Both the position numbers and the translations under genes were made by a program. A stretch of DNA of 64,000 nucleotides from Rubripirellula sp. (lineage in GTDB: Bacteria > Planctomycetota > Planctomycetia > Pirellulales > Pirellulaceae): NCBI GenBank assembly GCA_965216875.1, contig OZ244207.1, positions 2,560,001-2,624,000 of the forward strand, read 5' to 3'. Positions within the stretch are counted from its first letter, which is position 1, and each line of letters opens with the position of its first letter. Of the stretch, positions 58,607 through 64,000 are shown one piece after another. The notes under the pieces were generated by a model. That model ran no database searches and had not been told where the DNA came from. It worked only from the letters and a program-made list of their open reading frames with translations.

Positions 58607-59401
58607 TCACTTCTTGCGGTTCTGGCGTGATTCAAACGCTGCCTGAACTTTCTGCAAGAACTCGGTGATCTGGTCGTGTACATCCGAAGTGGTCGAAACG
58701 ACAAGGATATCTTCAAACGCCGATGCCGTGCTAGGACCACCCGAGACGTCCCATGTATCGGGAACGACGCTTCGAATCATGACATCGACCAAGCGGTCCC
58801 CTTTTCCATCGAGATAGTCCGGCAGAGCGTAAGCCTTCAAGATCAGGTTTTGCTCCGAAGCTTCGATTGTCGTAATCTGCATCACCTCGTCCTTGACCAT
58901 GTAGGTCAAGTCGAGTTCTCGAAGCATCAACCGCAGCAAGCTACGAAGGGTGACTCCTTTCAGGTTGATGTTGACTGGGCTGTCCGCTGCGAGTCCAATT
59001 TCCTCAAGAGCTCGACGGTCAACCACCATCGGTATGTCGTGCTTTTCAGAAAGGAATTGGACCGCCTCCACGAGTGGCATATCGATTGCTTCGAGTCGGG
59101 TCGTCGCGCCCAGGGCCTCCTCAATACGCTTTTCGACACTCGAAGGTTTGCCCGTACCAACGACGACGGGCGTCACGGAACCCGCAGCGGCTGGCGGCTT
59201 GGCCGCCGCGCGGTTGATTGGTTTTGCAGCAGGAGCCCGATTTGCTGGTGGAGGCCCCGCGCCAAACGGATTCTGATTCGCAAAGGGGTCAGCCGGCGCG
59301 ACGTTTTGTGCGTGCACAGGAAACGAAAGCAATCCGGGCATTGCAAATGCCAAAGCCACGTAAAGAAGTCGAGTCGGCGATGTCCGCATGATCGATCTCA
59401 T
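58607..59401 (-). CDS. Secreted protein with STN-like and secretin-N-like domains, no secretin barrel
   Basis: Signal peptide, Pro/Ala linker, PL.EA...L...HDIP.VVD..AL...TLRS.LRLML..LDLTY.V.DEV..ITT, then PDTW...G...LVV......HDQI..L. Start is approximate. Confidence 0.7.
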   Translation of the reverse strand: MRSIMRTSPTRLLYVALAFAMPGLLSFPVHAQNVAPADPFANQNPFGAGPPPANRAPAAKPINRAAAKPPAAAGSVTPVVVGTGKPSSVEKRIEEALGATTRLEAIDMPLVEAVQFLSEKHDIPMVVDRRALEEIGLAADSPVNINLKGVTLRSLLRLMLRELDLTYMVKDEVMQITTIEASEQNLILKAYALPDYLDGKGDRLVDVMIRSVVPDTWDVSGGPSTASAFEDILVVSTTSDVHDQITEFLQKVQAAFESRQNRKK

Positions 59402-59615
59402 TGAGCGAGAGGAGACTTGACGGCGGCGCGCGGAATTGCGCCGGACGAGACTTTCATCGTTACAGTTGCAGAACCGCCGTGCAAGTCGCTGATCCGGCGA
59501 ACGCGCCGAAATCAAGCCAGCAACAAATGCCGACCTTTTTCGAAAAAGCACGTGATGTGCCGCGGCTTGCGGCAATTGATTGTATGTACGCCAAAATGCA
59601 GGCAGCATGCGGCAC

Positions 59616-60149
59616 ATGGAAGACGAGCCCTCGGACCAACCTCGAATGAACCCAAGCGTCGTCCTGATCGAGAATCGTCGCTGGCTTTGGATCGTGGTCT
59701 ATTCGAGACTCCGCGATGCGACCGCCACCGAGGACGTGCTGCAAGAGGTGTCGGTGGCTGCCGTGCGGTGCGCAAAGGACTTTGCCGAGTCCGAGGCCAA
59801 ACGATGGCTCTACCAAGTCGCCATTCGCCAAACCATCCTCCTCCGCCGCAACCAAACACGTCACGAATCGAAACTTCGTTCGCTGGGTGAAATGCGGCAA
59901 GTAACCGATCCGGCGGGCTATTTGGACTGGCTTTGTGATGGCGAACGCAACGAGCAACTTCACCAGGCCATGCGCTACCTCAAGGCATCCGATCGCCAAG
60001 TGCTGCTTTTGAAGTACTGCGAGGACTATTCCTGCGCCGAGATCGCGGTCCATTTCGGCGTTACGGAAACAACCATCCAATCTCGATTGCTACGTGCACG
60101 CAGAAGACTTCGTGCCGTACTGATCAATGAATACGAATTCGAGGAGTGA
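59616..60149 (+). CDS. ECF sigma-70 factor
   Basis: TEDVLQEV, WLYQVAIRQ, L...DRQVLLLKY.E.YS..EIA...G.....IQSRL.RARRRLR. Confidence 0.9.
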   Translation: MEDEPSDQPRMNPSVVLIENRRWLWIVVYSRLRDATATEDVLQEVSVAAVRCAKDFAESEAKRWLYQVAIRQTILLRRNQTRHESKLRSLGEMRQVTDPAGYLDWLCDGERNEQLHQAMRYLKASDRQVLLLKYCEDYSCAEIAVHFGVTETTIQSRLLRARRRLRAVLINEYEFEE

Positions 60150-60154
60150 TCCTG

Positions 60155-60856
60155 ATGAGCCAATCACAAAACCCGGGCGGCGGCTTCGACACGGATCAGT
60201 TGATCGAACTGATGGCCGAAGGCGAACTCTCGTCGCCACAGCGGAATGAGTTGTTTCGCCGACTGGACGAACAACCCCAGCGATGGCGCAACCTCGCGAT
60301 CGCTTTCGCCGAAACACAGGCCCTTCGTTCTACCCTGCGTCGTTCGCGCCAACTCACCCCAGATAAGCCCAAGACCGAAACGGTCATCACCCAAAAGACG
60401 CGTCGGCCGCGAGTTGCTCAAATCGCCCTCGCCCTTGCCGGCATGCTCGCGGCGTTCTGGCTCGGGTTGGTTGTGAGTGGCGAACGTCCCGCCAACAACT
60501 TTCCTTCCACCGAAACGCAGATCGTCCAAACTGACCCAAACATCGACATCGACACCGCCGCGGTCCCCGCATTGCCATTGGATGAAACCTCATCAGGTTC
60601 CATCGTCGGGTACGTGAAATGGGACGGCGATCACGGTGTTCGACTCTCGCCGGTATTCAATGGCGAAATCGACGCCCAATGGCTCGAAGCCAACCCGCCC
60701 TCGGTCGATCAAAACATGCAACGGCACATGTCCCGCGCCGGGTGGCAGCTCCGGCCGCAACGTCGCTTTGTATCCGTCAAGCTCAACGGTGGTGGCGACT
60801 ACACGATCCCGATGGATGAAGTGCGTTATCGCTTCGTCGGCCGTCAAGTCTTTTGA
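60155..60856 (+). CDS. Putative single-pass anti-sigma factor
   Basis: GAGGAG SD; N-terminal ASD-like EGELS...R..L...LD..P..W; one TM helix; directly after the ECF gene. Confidence 0.72.
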   Translation: MSQSQNPGGGFDTDQLIELMAEGELSSPQRNELFRRLDEQPQRWRNLAIAFAETQALRSTLRRSRQLTPDKPKTETVITQKTRRPRVAQIALALAGMLAAFWLGLVVSGERPANNFPSTETQIVQTDPNIDIDTAAVPALPLDETSSGSIVGYVKWDGDHGVRLSPVFNGEIDAQWLEANPPSVDQNMQRHMSRAGWQLRPQRRFVSVKLNGGGDYTIPMDEVRYRFVGRQVF

Positions 60857-60894
60857 AGATCCGCTCACTTCACTTAGTCACAAGAGGCAGCTAA

Positions 60895-61851
60895 ATGCTC
60901 TGTATTCGTTTTCGCAACCGCTTGTTCAGCGCTCTGGCACTCATCGCCAGCGCCCCTTGGTGTGGTTCGATCCACGCCCAGGACTCTGATACCGATGATG
61001 TGATTCAGTTTTCACATTCCTTCGTTCCGATCGAGATCCCCAATGACCAGCCGGTCAATGTCAGTTGGCACCTCTCAGCGAACAACAGGTGTTCCTCCTG
61101 CCATCAAGCGGGCGCCAGTGACTTTGCGTTTTCAAACCGACTGTTGATTCCAAATTCACAAGATGGATTCGTGCTCGGCCAGTACCGCGTGTCGCTGTTG
61201 CAAGATCCGATCCTGCGATCTCACCTCCGTCTTGGTGAAAAGCCCGCGCTGCTGATTCTCAGCGAATCGGCCGAAGACGAAAAACAACTCAAACGCGGCG
61301 ACATTGTGCTGACAATCAACGAAGTCGATGTCGATGCGTTGGGTGAAATACAAGCGCAAGTGGACGCCGATCAATCGGGCGATATCGACATCCATATCGT
61401 CCGTGAGGGCGAAGAGCTCGAATTGACGATCAACGCCATTGAGATTGCGCGGCCGCCCAAGCCCTATCGCATCGGCGTCCAAGTCGAACCTCCCAGCGAT
61501 GCTCTTCGCAGCCAGTTGCGACTCTACAATAACGAGGGCCTCTTGGTCACCGCGGTCGTCGACGAATCGGCCGCAGCCCAAGCAGGGATCGAAGAACACG
61601 ACATCCTGTTGCGGATTGCCGACCAACGCCTCTCCGACCTCGACGGATTGCGACTCGCTGTCAACCAAAGCGAAGGAAGCGAAGTCGAAGTGCGACTGAT
61701 GCGAGCAGGCAAAGAAATGAGCGTCGACGTCACGCCGCAACAGCAAGCAGAGCCCGAGGGCGGTTCGATTGAGAACTGCCCCGCCGCCGGTCGCTGGTTT
61801 GAAACCAACGGAATCACCATCGACGTGCCGGCATTCGAACCAGCACAGTAG
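60895..61851 (+). CDS. Secreted tandem-PDZ protein with a CxxCH motif and no protease domain
   Basis: Signal peptide; CSSCH at 61090-61104; two PDZ units (LKRGDIVLTIN; GLLVTAVVDESAAAQAGIEEHDILL). Confidence 0.85.
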   Translation: MLCIRFRNRLFSALALIASAPWCGSIHAQDSDTDDVIQFSHSFVPIEIPNDQPVNVSWHLSANNRCSSCHQAGASDFAFSNRLLIPNSQDGFVLGQYRVSLLQDPILRSHLRLGEKPALLILSESAEDEKQLKRGDIVLTINEVDVDALGEIQAQVDADQSGDIDIHIVREGEELELTINAIEIARPPKPYRIGVQVEPPSDALRSQLRLYNNEGLLVTAVVDESAAAQAGIEEHDILLRIADQRLSDLDGLRLAVNQSEGSEVEVRLMRAGKEMSVDVTPQQQAEPEGGSIENCPAAGRWFETNGITIDVPAFEPAQ

Positions 61852-61865
61852 GCACCCCATGCCTT

Positions 61866-61924
61866 GTGTAGGTCATGCTGTGCATGACACGTTCACAATG
61901 TGTCATGCACAGCATGACCTACAC
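61866..61924. repeat. Perfect 25-bp inverted repeat made of two REP family E units (GTAGGTCATGCTGTGCATGAC)
   Basis: Arms at 61866-61890 and 61900-61924 with a 9-nt loop, between convergent genes. Confidence 0.9.
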
Positions 61925-61931
61925 TCTGACT

Positions 61932-63311
61932 CTATTTCCCGATACAGAATCGGCCGAAAACGCGATCGAGAATGTCGTCGGTATAGACTTCACCGGTCAC
62001 CTCACCGAGTGCAGAAACAGCGGCACGAATTTCACTGGCAACCAATTCATGCCCCATTTGTTGCTCAGTCAAATCGATCGCTCGCCCGATTGCCGCCTCG
62101 GCCTGCTGCAACGATCCACGACAGCGTGCCGCCGTACCCGTCGCGCTCCCCGTCTCCTCGCAGAAATGGTCGTCAATGACCTTTTCGATTTCCTTGCGCA
62201 AGCCTTCGATACCTTGATTCGTCTGCGCGCTTGTGTGAATCCATGAATCGTCCGGCGCCAACTCAGGTGCCAGGTCGATCTTCGTGGCAACGAAAAGGTC
62301 GATCGATCGCCTCTGAGAGAGTGCTTGTTTGTCGTTTACAGCTCGTTCTCGCGTAACCCGAGCCGCCTCCGACCAATCGTCCCGGCTCGCGTCAACGCAC
62401 CAGAGCCGAATATCTGCCCGCGCGGAAACCTCTTCCGCTTGCTGCTGGGAGAGCTCACCGATCGCACCGTGCGCCTCCTCAATCCCAGCGGTGTCACAAA
62501 GCAATACTCGATGGGTTCCAACCGCAACTTCGGCGGTCACAGCGTCTCGCGTCGTGCCTGCCACATCCGCAACGATCGCAATCTCACGGCTCGCGAGGGC
62601 ATTGAGCAGATGGCTCTTCCCTGCGTTCGGTTGCCCACGCAGCGCAATCAAGAGCACACCTTGGTCGGCCGATCGAAGCTGCAATTGGTCTCGCGTTTGC
62701 GAGACGTGTTTTTGCACCTCGGCCAATCGGTCGACAAGCTGCGCATCACTAATGAACTCGATATCTTCGTCAACGAAATCAAGCCCCGCCTCCACGTCGG
62801 CTAACAGGTCAAGCATCTCGCTGCGAGCGGCCTCGAGCGGCTTGGAAAGATTACCCGCAAGTTGCTCGAGTGCTTCATCGAGTGCGCCGCGCGTATCGGC
62901 CTCAATCACTCCAAGCACCGCCTCGGCCTGCGTCAAATCAAGCTGACCGGCAAGAAAGGCTCGCATCGTGAACTCACCGGGGCGAGCAGCGCGAGCTCCA
63001 CACTCGGTCACCTTTTCGACGATCGCATTCAAGAGTGGAACCGAGCCATCGGTATGGATTTCCGCCGAGGGCTGGCCGGTATAGCTTCGTTTGGTTGGCC
63101 ACAACAAAACGTCGGCATCGATTAGCCCGAGCGGCGCGCCAACATCGAGCTCCCCCGTCAATCGACGAGCATTGGTGGCGTCCACGTCGACATCGATCCC
63201 CATCGCATTCAGCAGCCCAACGCAACCTGAGCCGCTAATCCGGACGATCCCACGAGGTGCCGGCGCCGCTGGCGAAGCGATCGCCACAATGGTGTCGTCC
63301 AGATCAAACAT
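61932..63311 (-). CDS. mnmE: tRNA modification GTPase MnmE (TrmE)
   Basis: DTIVAIAS, SYTG, PGEFTMRAF, DLTQAEAV, GQPNAGKS, GTTRD, DTAG, FCIGK C-terminus. Confidence 0.96.
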   Translation of the reverse strand: MFDLDDTIVAIASPAAPAPRGIVRISGSGCVGLLNAMGIDVDVDATNARRLTGELDVGAPLGLIDADVLLWPTKRSYTGQPSAEIHTDGSVPLLNAIVEKVTECGARAARPGEFTMRAFLAGQLDLTQAEAVLGVIEADTRGALDEALEQLAGNLSKPLEAARSEMLDLLADVEAGLDFVDEDIEFISDAQLVDRLAEVQKHVSQTRDQLQLRSADQGVLLIALRGQPNAGKSHLLNALASREIAIVADVAGTTRDAVTAEVAVGTHRVLLCDTAGIEEAHGAIGELSQQQAEEVSARADIRLWCVDASRDDWSEAARVTRERAVNDKQALSQRRSIDLFVATKIDLAPELAPDDSWIHTSAQTNQGIEGLRKEIEKVIDDHFCEETGSATGTAARCRGSLQQAEAAIGRAIDLTEQQMGHELVASEIRAAVSALGEVTGEVYTDDILDRVFGRFCIGK

Positions 63312-63316
63312 GTGAC

Positions 63317-64000
63317 CTATTGAGCCAGCGAGATTCGGTCGATCTGAAGCGTGTTTTGAATCTCTTCCATCCGAGCAAGGACGTCGAGTGCGTCGGATGG
63401 CGAAATCAATTCTTCCAACAAGATCGCCGGTTCTTCGGGATAGTTTGGCGGGTAAACCAAGTTCACTGGAATGATCGAGCGGTCGACGCGTTTCAGATCG
63501 GTCGCGATCCGCGGTTCGCGAAGGGTGTCGTCGACCTTGACCAACTCAACATTCAACTCTTTCAACTTCTCAAGCACTTCTTCGTTCGAGAAGATTCGCT
63601 TCTTGTTTACTTGGCATGTTGGGCACCAATGAGCCGTGTAGTCGACCCACACCGGACGTTGCTGGTTTGCCAGGATGTGCTCCACTTTTCCAGGATTCCA
63701 CGCCTTCCATGCGAGGCCACCGGAGGTCTGCGACACCACCGGTGCACGCTCATTCGCCGCACCGTAGCACATCCAAGCGGCAACGACACAAATCAAAGCC
63801 GGCAGTGCATAGCCGCACGTTAGTCGCTTGAACCGCCGAATGTGCGGCATCGTCCAATTGCCGTAGTAATAGGCTGCAAGCCCGATCAAAACGAGGGCCA
63901 TTGCGAGCCATGAGAGACCAGATGCACCGGTTTGCCCACCGAATGATCGCATAAAGAATGCAACGACCGCGAACATCGCAAACGCCATCGTGACCTTAAA
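63317..64000 (-). CDS. dsbD: DsbD-like thiol:disulfide interchange protein, C-terminal TM and thioredoxin domain; runs off the window end
   Basis: Frame is open to base 64000. TM helices followed by PVWVDYTAHWCPTCQVNK. Confidence 0.8.
   Translation of the reverse strand, partial: FKVTMAFAMFAVVAFFMRSFGGQTGASGLSWLAMALVLIGLAAYYYGNWTMPHIRRFKRLTCGYALPALICVVAAWMCYGAANERAPVVSQTSGGLAWKAWNPGKVEHILANQQRPVWVDYTAHWCPTCQVNKKRIFSNEEVLEKLKELNVELVKVDDTLREPRIATDLKRVDRSIIPVNLVYPPNYPEEPAILLEELISPSDALDVLARMEEIQNTLQIDRISLAQ

Noticed and set aside
1..64000. Prophage, integron, IS or classical defence island
   Set aside because: No integrase, transposase, phage structural, cas or restriction-modification genes were recognised, and housekeeping genes are interspersed throughout.

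Overview
Chromosomal window from a planctomycete, very likely Pirellulaceae (Rhodopirellula/Stieleria-like). This is inferred from a DUF1559 gene with a lipoprotein partner, an ECF sigma factor paired with a ZAS-Ser/Thr kinase, the mch-RimK C1 genes and many intergenic palindromes. About 53 CDS are supported. No rRNA, tRNA, CRISPR array, transposase or prophage was seen. Housekeeping genes: mfd, korAB-type oxidoreductase, def-fmt, pncC, nadA, lptF/G-like, mnmE, dsbD (partial). Accessory modules: (i) a ROK-regulated operon (aldo-keto reductase, Fe/2OG dioxygenase, MFS, TauE sulfite exporter) with a visible operator/promoter, resembling an uncharacterised oxygenolytic sulfo-sugar pathway; (ii) an uncharacterised protein upstream of nadA with a SLOG/DprA-like N-terminus and an AbiGi/ADP-ribosyltransferase-like C-terminus; (iii) an ECF sigma/anti-sigma/protease-less PDZ operon whose PDZ protein carries a CxxCH motif; (iv) a LacI-DUF1559 unit with twin operators; (v) a C30-carotenoid tailoring cluster; (vi) a nucleotide-sugar dehydrogenase coupled to a DUF3524 glycosyltransferase. 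Intergenic spacers hold at least six distinct GTAG-tagged REP-like families, often in mixed arrays. All calls come from motif recognition by eye. No database searches were run, and several start codons are best guesses.
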